This document shows positions 20,484 through 32,601 of a DNA stretch of 64,000 bases, piece after piece (positions within the stretch are counted from its first letter, which is position 1; every line of letters begins with the position of its first letter). The notes below the pieces were generated by a model, which ran no database searches, was not told the origin of the DNA, and worked only from the letters and a program-made list of their open reading frames with translations. The translations under genes and the position numbers were made by a program. Source of the stretch: an uncultured Nitrospinota bacterium (GTDB taxonomy: Bacteria > Tectomicrobia > Entotheonellia > J063 > CAVPRW01); assembly GCA_963707985.1 (NCBI GenBank), contig CAVPRW010000048.1, forward strand, positions 119,422 to 183,421, in the 5' to 3' direction.

Positions 20484-21240
20484 TTAGTGCTGCTTCCGGA
20501 GTCCGGCACGAATGTCCTCCACGAACGAACGGAGCGGACGCCGGACCATACGCTGGATGGTTTTGTTGAACGCATAGGCAGGCAGGCCAAAGTGAGTCGC
20601 CAGGGGGGCGCGGACGTCATCAGGGGTCACCCCCTGACGGTTCAATAGCGCGTCGAGGACATTGCGAACACACGCCTGCGGTGCCGCGAGTTCGAGGGCT
20701 AAGCGATCGGCGCGGTCCTCGGCATGGACCACCGTCCTATCATCCTCTACATCAATCCCCAGCCGTGGCAGTAGGTGAATATGTGCCCCCAGGCGGACGT
20801 GTGACAGAATCGCGGCGGCGCGCTCCGCCGGGGTTGGCCGTCGGAGGCCATCCAGTACCTCAGTCATGTGTGCGCCAAGCGCCTGCAGTACTTGCGACCG
20901 CGGCAAGAAATAATCGGCGAGAAAGTGTGCCACCTCATGGGCAACGGTCAGGCGCTGTTCCTCCAGACTCTCGGCGTCACTGATAAAGATGAACCCATGA
21001 CCACGATGGGCGACGAGACAGCCATAAAGGTCGCGCTGATCGTTGGGCAATCGGATGATGATCCCTCGCTGTTGCAGCCAATTCCTGGCTGCCGCTACGT
21101 TGGTCTGTGGTTGTTTGATAATGACCAGTGGCAGCTTCAGAGGAGCGGCCTGCTCAATCTGCCTGGGAAACGTGTTGTGCCAGCCAGTTCCCGCCCAGAA
21201 ATTCCGCGCTAACCCTTCAAGCAAAGCCAAAGGGACCGAC
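20484..21240 (-). CDS. ImmA/IrrE-like HExxH metallopeptidase, N-terminus uncertain
   Basis: QRLTVAHEVAHF..EDRADRLALELAAP. Confidence 0.7.
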
Positions 21241-22465
21241 CGGGAAACGCCGGTGTAAGCTTGCAATGGCACGGGGGGTCGTCTCGATGACGACAAATCC
21301 GATTTCCTTGGCTAATTCCCCCAGCACAGTATGCGACATGACGCGTTCACCCTTGATCACGTTGTTGGCGATGACAAAGAGGGCATGACCGCCCGACCTC
21401 AAGACGCGCCATGTCTGCACTAGTACCGCTTCGAGGTCAGCAAAAAAGGCACACAGCCGTTTGATGCGAGCTACGTGGTTGAAGAGCGGCGTTGGGATCA
21501 GATGACCTATCTTGGGACGCGCCTGTAGCCATGCGTTGGGGTCAAAGCGGCCGGCATAACGGAGCCCGACGTAGCGCTGCCGGCTTGCGAGGGCCGTCGG
21601 GGCGTAGCCGTTCATCCAGCACAAAGACATCCGGTGGGCGCGCGGGTAATCAACGGCGTTGAAGTATGGGGGAGAGGTGATGACCAGCGCTTGGCTCCGA
21701 TCCGGAACGAGCGGTAATGGCTCACGGGCGTCGTGCGGGTAGATGATTCGGCAGCTACTGGCCAACGCATCGAGTACGCCGGCGTCACGATAGATCCCAT
21801 GCAGTGTGCCCAAACACGTCAGCGTTCGGTCCAGGCGCTTGATATAGGTGGGTCAGTACCCGGTCGAGCGTTAATCGCTGCACGCGTCGGTGCGGCCGCG
21901 TGTGGTCGATATCCATGGCGTAACTCAGAGTGTGCGGCCATTTCGCGATGATCGAAGCGGAGAGGCTGATGAGTGCCACACGTTCGAGGTGTACATCCTG
22001 ACATTCATGTGCTGCTGTCGCGACGGCACCTAGGGCGGCGATCACCTGGGGCGGAAACCAGTAGGTCAACTCAGGAAACTCGGGAACACGCAGTTGCAGT
22101 GATTCGATCGACCAAATTGTCCCCGGGCGGAGTCGCGGACGCTGTTTCCACGCCCGCGTGATCGCCTCGAAGTCGTTCGCTAATCGGGCGACAAATGGGG
22201 CACGCCACGCCGCATACCGCTCCTGTGCAAGCGGCGCGCACTTGACTTCCGATAGCATCCCCACCAGTGTGTCGATGTCGCTGCCGATCGCCCGGCGTTT
22301 GTGGGCCAGGCCTGCAACCAGCGTCGTGCCGCTGCCACAAAAGGGGTCGAAGACGCTATCTCCAGGCTGACTGTACCTCTCAAGAAAGGATTCAACAATT
22401 TCAGAAGAGAAGCGAGCACAGTAGGGATGCAAACGGTGGAGCGGCTCCAGTAAGGGCTGAGACAT
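21217..22465 (-). pseudogene. N4/N6 DNA methyltransferase, frameshifted near 21.8 kb
   Basis: HPYCARF, VFDPFCGSGTT, ITSPPYFN. Confidence 0.8.
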
Positions 22466-22768
22466 ATCAGAAGTCTCCCTATTAGCTCCGCTTGGCCAGG
22501 ATCTGGTTTCGAGAAGAAGATCATAGCTTGAGATAATACTAATAATCAATCACGACAGTGATTTTAGAAGAATAAGCGATAGGAATTTTGGGGGACAGCA
22601 GCTACAAGTGAGGAAGACTCGGTTGAATCGAAGGGCGTTTAGCTTGAGGGAAACGGAGTCTCACTAGGATTGAGACGGCTTCATGCTCCTCGATGAACTC
22701 TCCATGACTCGCTCGAACTGCAGCAACGGTGGTTTGGAGGTTGATGTACATCAGCTCGTTGTTTGCCG

Positions 22769-24058
22769 TCACCCCTGCAGTGCCGCTGCCCTGCCACGTG
22801 ACTCATCGACCGTGGCCAGGAGCAGAAGGCCGGCCACAAAGAACAGCACGGTGGATAAGATGGCCAGTCGCTGATTGCCTGCGGTCAGGTAGGTGATCAG
22901 CCCATAGCTTAGCGGCCCGACGATCGCAGCCAGCTTGCCTGCCAGTCCCCACAGGCCAAAAAACTCGGCGGCGCGGCCCTGGGGCGCCAATTGGCCCACC
23001 AGCGCTCGGCCACTGGCCTGGCTTGAGCCCAGCGCGATGCCGACCAGGTTGGCGACGACCCAAAACCCAACCCGGCTTTCGGTCCAAAATGCCAGGCTGC
23101 TGGCTGCGATCCAGATCAGCAGTGTGATCGCCAACGTCGGCAGCGAGCCGAGACGGTCCTGGACTCGCCCAAACAGGAAGGCTCCCACCGCCGCAGTCAC
23201 GTTGACCACCATGACCAGCAGGATGATGTCATTGGTACGAAAACCCATGACTTCCTGAGCATAGACGGCAGCCAGCACGACCACGGTGTTGATGCCACAA
23301 TAATAGACCGTCAGGGCCATCAGGAAGCGAAAGAGGTCGCGAAATCGTGTGCTGTCGGCCAGGGTGTGACGGAGGCGTTGGAAACCGATGGTGAGGGAAT
23401 GCTGGCCCGGACTCCGTGGCACGGAGACGGCCCGCTCCTTCAGCCACAGGAACGTCGGCGTGGCTGCCAGCGCAAACGTGCCGGCGACAATCAGCATGGT
23501 CACGGGCACATACTGCGGGGCGTCGAATCCATGACGCTGGGCCCACGAGACATAGGCCAAACACACCCCGAGGACCGTCAGGCCCCCGAGATATCCCACA
23601 GCCCAGCCATAGGCCGACACTCGGCCCATGGTGCCCCTATCGCTGATTTCGGGGAGGAAGGCGGCGATCAGGTTTTCACCCGTGGCAAAGGTGAGATTCG
23701 AGAGCACGACCAGGGCCATAGCCAGCCAAACATCCCCTGGCCCGGTGAGTGCCAATAAGGCAGTGCCCAGAACACAACCGATGGTGGTGACGAGTAGGAA
23801 ACGTTTTTTGGCGGCGTAGTGGTCGGCGATGGCTCCCACCACGGGGGCGCTGACTAGAACCAACGCATTGGGAATGCTCACGGCCATGGTCCAGAGCAGC
23901 GTGCCCACGCCTTCCGGGAAGCCCGCGGCTCTTCCGACCACCACCCCTACAAAGTAGGCATTGAAGATCGTCGTGAGCACAACGGTGGTATAGCCCGAGT
24001 TTGCAAAGTCGTACATCGCCCAGGCGAACAGTTCACGGCGCGGGGCGATCGTGGGCAC
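22769..24058 (-). CDS. MFS transporter (UMF1/ATG22-like)
   Basis: WAMYDFANSGY..AEFFGLW; many hydrophobic segments. Confidence 0.85.
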   Translation of the reverse strand: MPTIAPRRELFAWAMYDFANSGYTTVVLTTIFNAYFVGVVVGRAAGFPEGVGTLLWTMAVSIPNALVLVSAPVVGAIADHYAAKKRFLLVTTIGCVLGTALLALTGPGDVWLAMALVVLSNLTFATGENLIAAFLPEISDRGTMGRVSAYGWAVGYLGGLTVLGVCLAYVSWAQRHGFDAPQYVPVTMLIVAGTFALAATPTFLWLKERAVSVPRSPGQHSLTIGFQRLRHTLADSTRFRDLFRFLMALTVYYCGINTVVVLAAVYAQEVMGFRTNDIILLVMVVNVTAAVGAFLFGRVQDRLGSLPTLAITLLIWIAASSLAFWTESRVGFWVVANLVGIALGSSQASGRALVGQLAPQGRAAEFFGLWGLAGKLAAIVGPLSYGLITYLTAGNQRLAILSTVLFFVAGLLLLATVDESRGRAAALQG

Positions 24059-24073
24059 CAGGACGCCTCCTGT

Positions 24074-26944
24074 TCACCCTCGCCCGGTGGGAAAGGGTAT
24101 CGCGGGGCTGGCCTCGAATTCCGGCGCCAGATCCGGCTCGTGGCAGTATTCGAGCATGTGCGCTCGCGCCGCATCCCGTAGCGCAATAGCGGCCGTCCAA
24201 TTGGCCCCCTGGGGCATAATCGGGGTGCCGATAGTGACCGTAACCGGGCCTCGACGTGGAAACCACTGCCCGGAGCGCAAGATGGAGCGGGTGCCGGTGA
24301 GGCCCATTGGCACCAGTGGCACGCCGGTCTGCGTCGCCACCACGAAAGCGCCCATGCGAAAGGGCCGTAGCCCGGGCGCGCGCCCGAAGGTACCCTCTGG
24401 AAAAAAGAGCATCGAACGACCCTGGCGTACGGCCTCCAGCACACGATCGGTGTCTTCGACGCCGCGCTGTGGGTCGAAGCGTTCGACAAACTCGGTCCCA
24501 AGACGCCGGAACAGTGTGCGCGCAACGAACTGTTCGGCCAACTCGCGCTTGGCCACAAAGCTGATCGAGCTCGGCAGCACTGCGATCAACACCAGGGGAT
24601 CGAGATAGCTGGCATGGTTCACCACCAGTACACAGGCTTGGTCGCGAGGGAGATGCTCCAGCCCACGGACGCGTACCGGGAAGCCAAAGAGCCGCAGCAG
24701 GAGCTGTGCTAGGCGACGGGCGACGGTTTTGCGCCAGGACAACGTGGGCAAGAGCGCCACGGCGGTCCATAAAGCGGCGGCACCGATGCCGAGCACGCTC
24801 CAGGCGTAGCCCGCATACAGCACTTCGGTCACACTGCGCCATGCCTGACGCAGGCGCGGCAGCACTCCAGCCCAGGCCAGACGTGTCACTTGCCACCACA
24901 CGGCGCGCTGCGGCCGACCGATGTCGCCCTGTTCATAGTGCTCGCGGCAGGCGGCACGACGTACCTTGCCGCTCGATGTCTTCAGCACCGTCTGCGGGGG
25001 AGCCAGGACCACATCATCCGCAGCGGTGCCCAGCAAATCGATAATCGTCGCATCGATCTGCTGGCGCAGGTCCTCTTGTGTCTTGGCATCGGTCTCCCGA
25101 GTTTCCGCCACCACCACCAGACGCTCCGTGCCGGACACGGGATCGGTACTGCCGAAGGCAGCGACGCAGCCCTTACGGATGCCGGGAAGATCGCCCACGG
25201 CCTCCTCGATCTCTTGCGGATAAATGTTGCGCCCGGCACGAATGATCAGGTCCTTGACCCGTCCGGTCACATAGATATCGCCGCCGGCAATGTAGGCCAG
25301 GTCACCGGAATTCAGCCAATCACCGTCGAATAGGCGTCGGGTATCCTCGGGGTTCCGGAAGTAGCCGCTGGTCGCCGAGGGCCCCTGGAGCTGCAATTGG
25401 CCCACTCGTCGCTCAGCAGCCTCATAGCCCGTGGCATCGACGATGCGGATTTGATGTCCGGGCAATGGGCGCCCGCAGGACACGAACCGCAGGCCCGTCG
25501 AGTCATCCTCGTCGGCCGGGACCGCTTGTCCTGAACGGGTGAAGGGATCGCGTTGGATACGATCGATCCGGACACCACGGCCGGGCGGCGGAAAGGCCGC
25601 ACCCAGAGAGGATTCGGCCAGCCCGTATACCGGCGTCATGGTCTGGGGTCGAAAACCATACTTGGCAAAGCGCTCGCAGAAGCGTGTCACGGTCTCAGGA
25701 CTGATGGGCTCGGCGCCGTTCAGCGCCATGTGCCAGGAGCTCAGGTCCAGGCCTTCGATGTCGAGATCGTCGATGCGACGCAGACAGAGCTCATAGGCAA
25801 AGTTCGGCGCCGCCGAGATCGTGCCGCGATGCTGGTGAATCGCCCACAGCCAGCGCTGCGGCCGGGCGAGAAACGCCAGGGGCGACATCAACACCAGGGG
25901 GCAGGCATAGTACAGGCTGCCCATACAGGCGCCGATCAGACCCATATCGTGGTACAGCGGCAGCCAACTCACGAAGGTTTCGCGCCACGTCGTTCCAGCC
26001 ACCTGGCCCATGGCGCGAATGTTGGCCAATAGATTGGCGTGGGTCAGGACCACGCCCTTGGGGGTGCCGGTGCTGCCCGATGTATACTGCAGGAACGCCA
26101 CGTCCTCGGGCTGCAAAGTGGGCGCGACAAGGCCCTCCCCACCGCTGGATAACTCCTGCACGGTGACGATGCTCCGTAGACCTTCGACTTGTGCCCCTAG
26201 CAGTCGCGCCAGCCGCTGGCCCTCTGCAACGGTAATCAGGATCGAGGCCTGAGAATTGTCGAGGATGCTGGCCTGACGACGGAGGTGATCCTCGATTTGC
26301 GACAGCCGCGCCGGCGGGTAAAGCGGGACGGGAACGCCGCCTGCCAGCAAGACGCCATAAAAGCTATAGAAAAAGTCCAGACTGGTCGGCAGCATAATGG
26401 CGACCATCTGTCCCGGTTGCAGCCCACGCTCCTGCAGACCCGCAGCGACAGCGGCCGCTCCGGCGTGCAATTGGGCATAGCTGATCTCTTGAGCCACATC
26501 CTGATCGCCGTAGAAGTAGAGATGCGGGCGGTTGGAGTGTCGCTGGACGTGCCACTCCAACACCTCGACGAGCGTACCTGCCCGGAGAGGGGGGGCATCG
26601 GCCTCTGAGAGGGATGGTGCTGTGGTCGACCTGGCGTCAATGATGCGGCTGCGCGCACCGGCCGTGATCAATGCCCGCAGCAAGTCGCGCGGCGTTTCTG
26701 CCGTGGCCAGCAATTGGTCGGGCAACTGCACTCCAAAGGCGCGTTCGACCCGTTGTAGTAACTCGACGCGGCCGAGGCTGTCGAAGCCTAGCTCACGTTC
26801 GAGAGAACTATCCAGGCTAGCGGACACGATACTCTGGCGATGTGGGTGCAATTCGAGCGCGACAGTTTGGATCACCTCCAGTAGGGCCTCGGCTGAGGTA
26901 TCGGTGGGCGGGGCAACATCCGGCTGATATCGTTGATCGGCCAT
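24074..26944 (-). CDS. ACP - fatty acyl-AMP ligase - PlsC-type acyltransferase fusion
   Basis: LGFDSLGRVEL; FLQYTSGSTGTPKGV; SWLPLYHDMGLIG; NHASYLD, FPEGT. Confidence 0.9.
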   Translation of the reverse strand: MADQRYQPDVAPPTDTSAEALLEVIQTVALELHPHRQSIVSASLDSSLERELGFDSLGRVELLQRVERAFGVQLPDQLLATAETPRDLLRALITAGARSRIIDARSTTAPSLSEADAPPLRAGTLVEVLEWHVQRHSNRPHLYFYGDQDVAQEISYAQLHAGAAAVAAGLQERGLQPGQMVAIMLPTSLDFFYSFYGVLLAGGVPVPLYPPARLSQIEDHLRRQASILDNSQASILITVAEGQRLARLLGAQVEGLRSIVTVQELSSGGEGLVAPTLQPEDVAFLQYTSGSTGTPKGVVLTHANLLANIRAMGQVAGTTWRETFVSWLPLYHDMGLIGACMGSLYYACPLVLMSPLAFLARPQRWLWAIHQHRGTISAAPNFAYELCLRRIDDLDIEGLDLSSWHMALNGAEPISPETVTRFCERFAKYGFRPQTMTPVYGLAESSLGAAFPPPGRGVRIDRIQRDPFTRSGQAVPADEDDSTGLRFVSCGRPLPGHQIRIVDATGYEAAERRVGQLQLQGPSATSGYFRNPEDTRRLFDGDWLNSGDLAYIAGGDIYVTGRVKDLIIRAGRNIYPQEIEEAVGDLPGIRKGCVAAFGSTDPVSGTERLVVVAETRETDAKTQEDLRQQIDATIIDLLGTAADDVVLAPPQTVLKTSSGKVRRAACREHYEQGDIGRPQRAVWWQVTRLAWAGVLPRLRQAWRSVTEVLYAGYAWSVLGIGAAALWTAVALLPTLSWRKTVARRLAQLLLRLFGFPVRVRGLEHLPRDQACVLVVNHASYLDPLVLIAVLPSSISFVAKRELAEQFVARTLFRRLGTEFVERFDPQRGVEDTDRVLEAVRQGRSMLFFPEGTFGRAPGLRPFRMGAFVVATQTGVPLVPMGLTGTRSILRSGQWFPRRGPVTVTIGTPIMPQGANWTAAIALRDAARAHMLEYCHEPDLAPEFEASPAIPFPTGRG

Positions 26945-27245
26945 CAACTCCTCCACACATTCAGGTGACAGCTTTACTTTCCCAAGGAATACCATCTTGT
27001 GCGGGGTCGGGTCAAGCTGCTCCCCAGCTGCGCAGCAGAGGTTTGACTCGATCTAGGGTAGGGGGATCTCAGCATCTCGCCTGGCCGATGGGCAAGCGAC
27101 GCTGATCGCACCGCTCCGTCCCGAAAACCCGAATGAGGTGAAATGCTGGCCATTGGCTCTGGCCGTAATCATTTGTGAGCGATGCATGGTCCCCTATCCG
27201 CTCACCTCTTGCAATGCGGCGCAAACGTCTCGGAGTTGAGGTGTC

Positions 27246-28110
27246 TCATGCTTGCGGGACTGGCAGCATCAGCTGGCTAACTTCCGGGTAGGCGGTCAGC
27301 ATTTGGGGTGGAACGTTTACCGGGGCTCGGGTCAGCCGGCGTCGGACATCTAAGGCGTTGAGCGCCGCCTGTCCCCGAAAGTGATTGTTCGCAATAAGGT
27401 AGACGTCGCGGGCTTGCGCAGCAATGTGCAATAGGACCTCGGTGATCTCCTCCAACTCCGGGGCGGAGTACAAATAGTCGTAGCGACTGTCCCGGTCGGC
27501 ATCGTCCTGGAACCAGGTGGCGGTATTGCGCCCATGCAAGCGCAGGTAGCCTATGGCACTCGTCACGTGCTGCGTCAGCCCCAACGCATACGAGACCTGT
27601 GGCTGATCAATGTTGCAAAAGCCGACACCACGCTCATGCAAGAACTCATAGGCAGCGAGGGACATCCCAAGAACGATGCCGCACCTCAAGTACCAACGGA
27701 TAGTCGTGAAAACGCTGCACCAACTGGTGCAGGTAGGCGCGGTTGGCCGAAGTGTGATGAAAGGCGTAAGGGAATTGGAGCAGCAGCGCCCCCAGCTGAC
27801 CCGCATCGTGTAGAGGCGCCAGCGCGGCTTTCAGAGCCGCCTCATCCTCGGTGTTGGTCTGGCGCCTATGGGTAAACACCTGTGGCAGTTTCGCCGTGAA
27901 CTTGAAGTTTGGGTTGCCAGCCACACGTGCGGCCCAGTCACGAGTCGTCTTCAGCGTTGGGATACGGTAAAAGGTGCTATTGATTTCGATGGTGTCGAAG
28001 TACTCCGCGAGATGTGACAGGGGATCGAATCCACGCGGTGGTTTCGCAGGGTAGACTCGTCCCTTCCAATCCGGATATGACCACCCCGCTAAACCAATTC
28101 GCGTCACCAT
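27246..28110 (-). pseudogene. DUF72 family protein, frameshifted
   Basis: GWSYPDW..EINSTFY..LLQFP..EVRHRSW / YLRLHGRN..YDYLY..NNH. Confidence 0.8.
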
Positions 28111-28216
28111 GGGACTCTCGCTGTAGATGCGCTCGCCAGCAGAACTGAACTAGGACATTCCTGGCTAGCCTCACATCGAGCCGGCCAGCCAAGACGGCTG
28201 CACTCAACCTTACCAG

Positions 28217-29215
28217 TCACCCGACCAACCGTTGCAGAATCTGCACCATTTCTCTGGAGTCATCGGTCTCGACGCGCACGGTATGCATATCGATGCCAGC
28301 CGCAGCTTGTGCCTCTATACGCTCGATGCAGGCCTCCACCGGCCCGGCGAAGAACAGATTGTCGACCAGCGCCTCGGGTACGGCTGCGGTGCCCGCCGCT
28401 CGGCCTCCTTCGTCCCAGGCTTGGCGCACTGTGTCCACAGCTTCTTGATAGCCCAGACGGATAAGCTGTTGGCGGTAAAAGTCCCCCATATTAGTAATGT
28501 AGAAGGCCAGATGTGCCTTGCTCTCCTCGCGGGCTTTGCCGATATCGCGCGTCACCATCACGGCACCAGGCGAGCGCACGACAACGCTCTGCGGCTCGCG
28601 TCCGGCGTCGCGAACGAGTCGCCGAAAGGCGGCCACTTCAGCTGCCAGATGCGGCAGAGGAATCATCACGGGCATCCAGCCATCGGCGATGGCGGCCGTT
28701 TGCACCACACTCTTCGGCGTCAGGGAGGCGATGAAGACAGGAATGCTGCTGCGCACCGGTGGAAAGCGCAGACGGAAGCCACGCTCGAGACGAAAGACTT
28801 TGCCCTGGTACTTGAGGGGCTCGCCAGCCAGAATCATGCGCATGATCTCGACGTACTCTCGCAGGCGCGTCAATGACGGCTGAAAGGGTACTCCGTGAAA
28901 GTGCTCGATGACGCGGTGGCCGCTGGTGCCGAGCCCGATGATCATCCGGCCGCCGGAGAACTCATCGAGCGTGGCGAAATGCTGGGCCAGCGCTGCAGGT
29001 GTGCGTGAATAACAATTGACAATGCCTGTACCGAGCTTGAGTCGTGTGGTCTCACGCGCCAATAACGTCAATATCGTGAAACAATCGCGACCCCAGGCCT
29101 CAGCGACCCATACGGTCTCGACCCCAGCCTCCTCGGCCAGACGCACGCGAGTGCAGGCTTGCGCATAGTCCATGGGTCCCTGCCAGTTGAAACTCATCGA
29201 TAAGTTCCGCGCCAT
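28217..29215 (-). CDS. LLM-class flavin-dependent oxidoreductase
   Basis: VWVAEAWGRD..LGTGIVN..RTPA..TLDEFSGGR. Confidence 0.9.
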   Translation of the reverse strand: MARNLSMSFNWQGPMDYAQACTRVRLAEEAGVETVWVAEAWGRDCFTILTLLARETTRLKLGTGIVNCYSRTPAALAQHFATLDEFSGGRMIIGLGTSGHRVIEHFHGVPFQPSLTRLREYVEIMRMILAGEPLKYQGKVFRLERGFRLRFPPVRSSIPVFIASLTPKSVVQTAAIADGWMPVMIPLPHLAAEVAAFRRLVRDAGREPQSVVVRSPGAVMVTRDIGKAREESKAHLAFYITNMGDFYRQQLIRLGYQEAVDTVRQAWDEGGRAAGTAAVPEALVDNLFFAGPVEACIERIEAQAAAGIDMHTVRVETDDSREMVQILQRLVG

Positions 29216-29273
29216 ATGTGCTCCTTTTCGCTATGTGCCTGCACGGCGTTTACCCCTGCGGCCATGGTGTATT

Positions 29274-29760
29274 TTAGCATGAATGGGGCGAGGCCTGTGG
29301 CACCGTGCCGTCGAACAGGCGCTCGATGACCTGTTGCCGGTAGTGGAAGATTCGCTCCAGATCTCGCTCCACCACAGACAGCCGCATGATGCGTTGGAGC
29401 CGGGCGAACGGAGCCCGATATTGCACCGTGTCGCGAAGGCGCGTACCCCCATGTGCGGAAGTGAATTCATGATCATGATGCCACAGCTGGAAGGGACCGC
29501 GGATCTGCACATCGGTGAACCGATAGGGCGGTTCCCAGGATTCAATGCGGCTCGTCCACGAAATGGGCCAGCCGTGTAGATGCAGGCGATAAGAGATCTC
29601 TGTCCCGCGTTGAATGGTAGGAGTCGACATCAAACGCACGTGGAACCGTAGCAACGGCGGCGTAATGCGCTCGAGATTAGCGGCGTCGGCAAAGAAGGTA
29701 AATACCTCCTCAAGCGGTCTGGGCACCCAGCCCGCCCATTCGTCAAAGCTGATGACTGCA
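29274..29760 (-). CDS. SRPBCC family protein, start uncertain
   Basis: EVFTFF.DA.NLE.ITPP..FTDVQIRGPF..WHH.H.F. Confidence 0.75.
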
Positions 29761-30031
29761 GCAACCTCCTCGCGTAGACTGTCTCGTACACGAGCTGTCT
29801 CCTCGTGATCGTCATCGACCACCATGACAATCGCGGTAACATGCAGAATAAGGCGATGATAAAATCCATGGTGGTCATGGGCTCCTCCTCTCCTGGTCGG
29901 GTTTCACGGGCCCTACCAGTGTGGAGGAATCGCATGATCACTGCCATTCAGAAAACTAGCGCCATTAGTTATTCAGATAGAGCCTCCTGCGGAAGAGCTG
30001 GGGAGCTGGTCGGGATAAGTGATGCCGTTGT

Positions 30032-30292
30032 TCAGGCTCCTGGTTCCTCGCGGTCGTGGGCATGGGCAATCGCCGCACGCAACCGGGCGTCCAGTCGCCT
30101 CGTGTCCACAATGACCTTGCTGTCATGCACCCGGCGGACCGCTTCGGCAGGCACCTCGAAGTCTCCGGCATTCTCGATGTAGACGACGAGCGCGTTCGTC
30201 TGCAGCACGAGGCCGCGGACGGCGCCGAACGTCTCACCGCCCTCTTCGGCAAACACCTGGAATCCAATTTCGATGGGGCTTTGCTCTGACAT
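30032..30292 (-). CDS. Hypothetical protein
   Basis: 86-aa ORF with GAGG RBS. Confidence 0.6.
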   Translation of the reverse strand: MSEQSPIEIGFQVFAEEGGETFGAVRGLVLQTNALVVYIENAGDFEVPAEAVRRVHDSKVIVDTRRLDARLRAAIAHAHDREEPGA

Positions 30293-30604
30293 GAGGGACC
30301 CTCCTCTTCCGGGGTGCTGGCGCGCACAGGCGCTCACGCAATTTCGTCGTTAAGCATACCGTATCGACTCGCCGGGCACAATTGTAACGATTACAGGCAT
30401 GTCGGCGTCCCATGGGTTTCGCGTCTGCGACCTAGAGGCTGTGCAGGGGTATGAGCCTGCGCGTGGCTAGTGGCACCTGATGTCCATGAGCACGGCACAT
30501 CTTTTGCCTAGCTGATTATTATCGACATCAACACAAAGTGTGTGGGCGGGCGAGCCGCGTCGCGGAGAGGCGCATGACCGCACGTCGAGAGGAGGGCTGG
30601 GACA

Positions 30605-30867
30605 TGAGACGGTGGTGGATCGGCTGTTGCCTGGGCATGCTGTTATGCTCCTTAAGTGTCAGCTACGCGGGCGAGCGTCGGCGCGATGGGGACCTGCAGG
30701 GATTCCCCTTCTCGTCGGAGCGGTGGGAGGGCTCTCGTGACTGGAGACCCGACCGACGGGAGCGTCGGTGGTTACCTGACCGCTTCGTGGTGGACAAGCC
30801 CGGCAAGTGTGAGGTGCGCTGCGAGCGGTCCGGGCGGACATATCGCTGCCGCGAGTATCGCTGTTAA
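30605..30867 (+). CDS. Small secreted hypothetical protein
   Basis: GGAGG RBS, signal-like N-terminus, Cys-rich C-terminus. Confidence 0.5.
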
Positions 30868-31409
30868 CTGACGTGAGGGTAGAGGAGGGCACACAGATGT
30901 CGCGCGTCCGGTTCGCCGTGGTGGTGCTGACCGCTGTGATGCTGGAAGCCGCAGGCATCGTACAGGCCCTGGATTGCGAGGCAGTTTCATCGGGCGCGTG
31001 CAGTCCGCCTTATAGAGCAGTGTCAAAACCGTCTGCAGAGCAGTGATGGGGTTGTTGCGATGTATCGGCTATTGGCCCAAAGGCGAGCGGAGGTAGAAGC
31101 ATCTGAAATTTCAAAAAATGGCAGAAATAAAATTTTGGAACCAGGTTTTCGAGTAATTTTCCCGAATGTGACACCGGCAGCCAAGCCAGGAACATTGGTT
31201 CTGACCGAAGATTGTCAAGTGCGTGCGCCATCGCCCCATGCACACGGTAGTCCTACCACACGCGAGCAGTCAGGAGCCCTGGCAGTTCAGGAAGTGACCA
31301 CGGCAGCAATGCGTGTCCAGGCTATCTCGCGCTGCTTCATGGGGGTGCTTCGGGCCGCAGACGCGCCGCTCTCAGAAGACACGTCGCGGCCTTACTTGCC
31401 CCGCTGTAG

Positions 31410-32444
31410 CTAGCCCACTGCCATGCTATAGACCTGCGTCGCGCCTGCGAGTATGGGATTCGTCTTCCAACTCCCACCCTGATCACGCGAGTAGAATACT
31501 TCCCCACCGCTGGTGGTACAGTATAGGTGGGTGGAGTTGCGTGGATCGATATCTACCGCGAACATCGTGCTCTTGGGCTTGGCGCCCAGGTCCAGGCGGC
31601 TCCAACTCTGGCCGCTGTCCTGGCTGCGGAACAGCGCCCCCTCTTCGCTACGGAACGCTGGCCCCGCGGCGCAGTACATCGTGCGGGGGTCGTCCGGAGC
31701 CACGAGGATATCACGGCAGTATGTCCCCCGTGGTGACAGCATCTCCAGTTGCACATGCTGCCAATGCTCACCCCGATCGGGGCTGCGCCACATGCCGATG
31801 CGGCTGATGGTGAAGACGGTGCGCGGCTGTGCTCCACTCACCGCGACCCCGTGCATATCCACGGGGTCGTCGTTGACGTAATAGCCTTCGCTGATGCTCT
31901 CCCATTTCTCCCCACCATCCAGGCTACGCAATAAGCCACCCACTTCGACGGCCGCATACATTTCTGTCGGATAGGCGGGGTCGATGGCAATGCCAAGAAT
32001 ACGCTTGGGGGAGACGACGGGACGCACGGTGACATCGGGGAAGGTCACGTCCATCGGCAGCCGATCCCAGCTTTTGCCGCCATTGTCGCTGCGATAGATG
32101 GCATAGGGTTCATAGCCAGCGAAGATCACGTCGGGATCGCGCGGATGAAACTGCAATGACCAGACCGCCAGGCCTGGTTTCGGGGCGCTGAGGCGCTCCC
32201 AATGGCCGCCATGGTCAGCGCTGCGATAGACGCCGTCCTGGGTGCCGGCCAGGACCACATTCGGCTGCTTGGGATGGACGGCGAGCGCGCGGACCTGCGG
32301 CTCAGACGGCAAGCCAGCGGTGATCGATTCCCAGGAGCTCTCGCCGGCCAGGCTTCGGTACAGACCAGTACGTACCTCACGTCCAGGAACGGTTTCCCCG
32401 GCCAAGCCAATATACACGTAGGACTGTGAGCTAGCTGTTGCCAT
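31410..32444 (-). CDS. BNR/Asp-box beta-propeller protein
   Basis: Repeated RSxDxGxxW motifs. Confidence 0.85.
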   Translation of the reverse strand: MATASSQSYVYIGLAGETVPGREVRTGLYRSLAGESSWESITAGLPSEPQVRALAVHPKQPNVVLAGTQDGVYRSADHGGHWERLSAPKPGLAVWSLQFHPRDPDVIFAGYEPYAIYRSDNGGKSWDRLPMDVTFPDVTVRPVVSPKRILGIAIDPAYPTEMYAAVEVGGLLRSLDGGEKWESISEGYYVNDDPVDMHGVAVSGAQPRTVFTISRIGMWRSPDRGEHWQHVQLEMLSPRGTYCRDILVAPDDPRTMYCAAGPAFRSEEGALFRSQDSGQSWSRLDLGAKPKSTMFAVDIDPRNSTHLYCTTSGGEVFYSRDQGGSWKTNPILAGATQVYSMAVG

Positions 32445-32601
32445 GGCTCATTCCTCCATAAATGCCAATAGTCTCTTGAGCTTAATCGCGCCATGCTGGA
32501 TCAAGCGGCAATGCTGGTGAACCTGATTGTATCAGAGTGATACGCGCGGCACAAGGCGTCGCACACCTCCCCTGCCGCTGCGCGGGAGAGCATGCCTCCT
32601 C

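Noticed and set aside
24074..26944. NRPS/PKS biosynthetic cluster
   Set aside because: A stand-alone ACP-ligase-acyltransferase with no condensation or KS domains nearby
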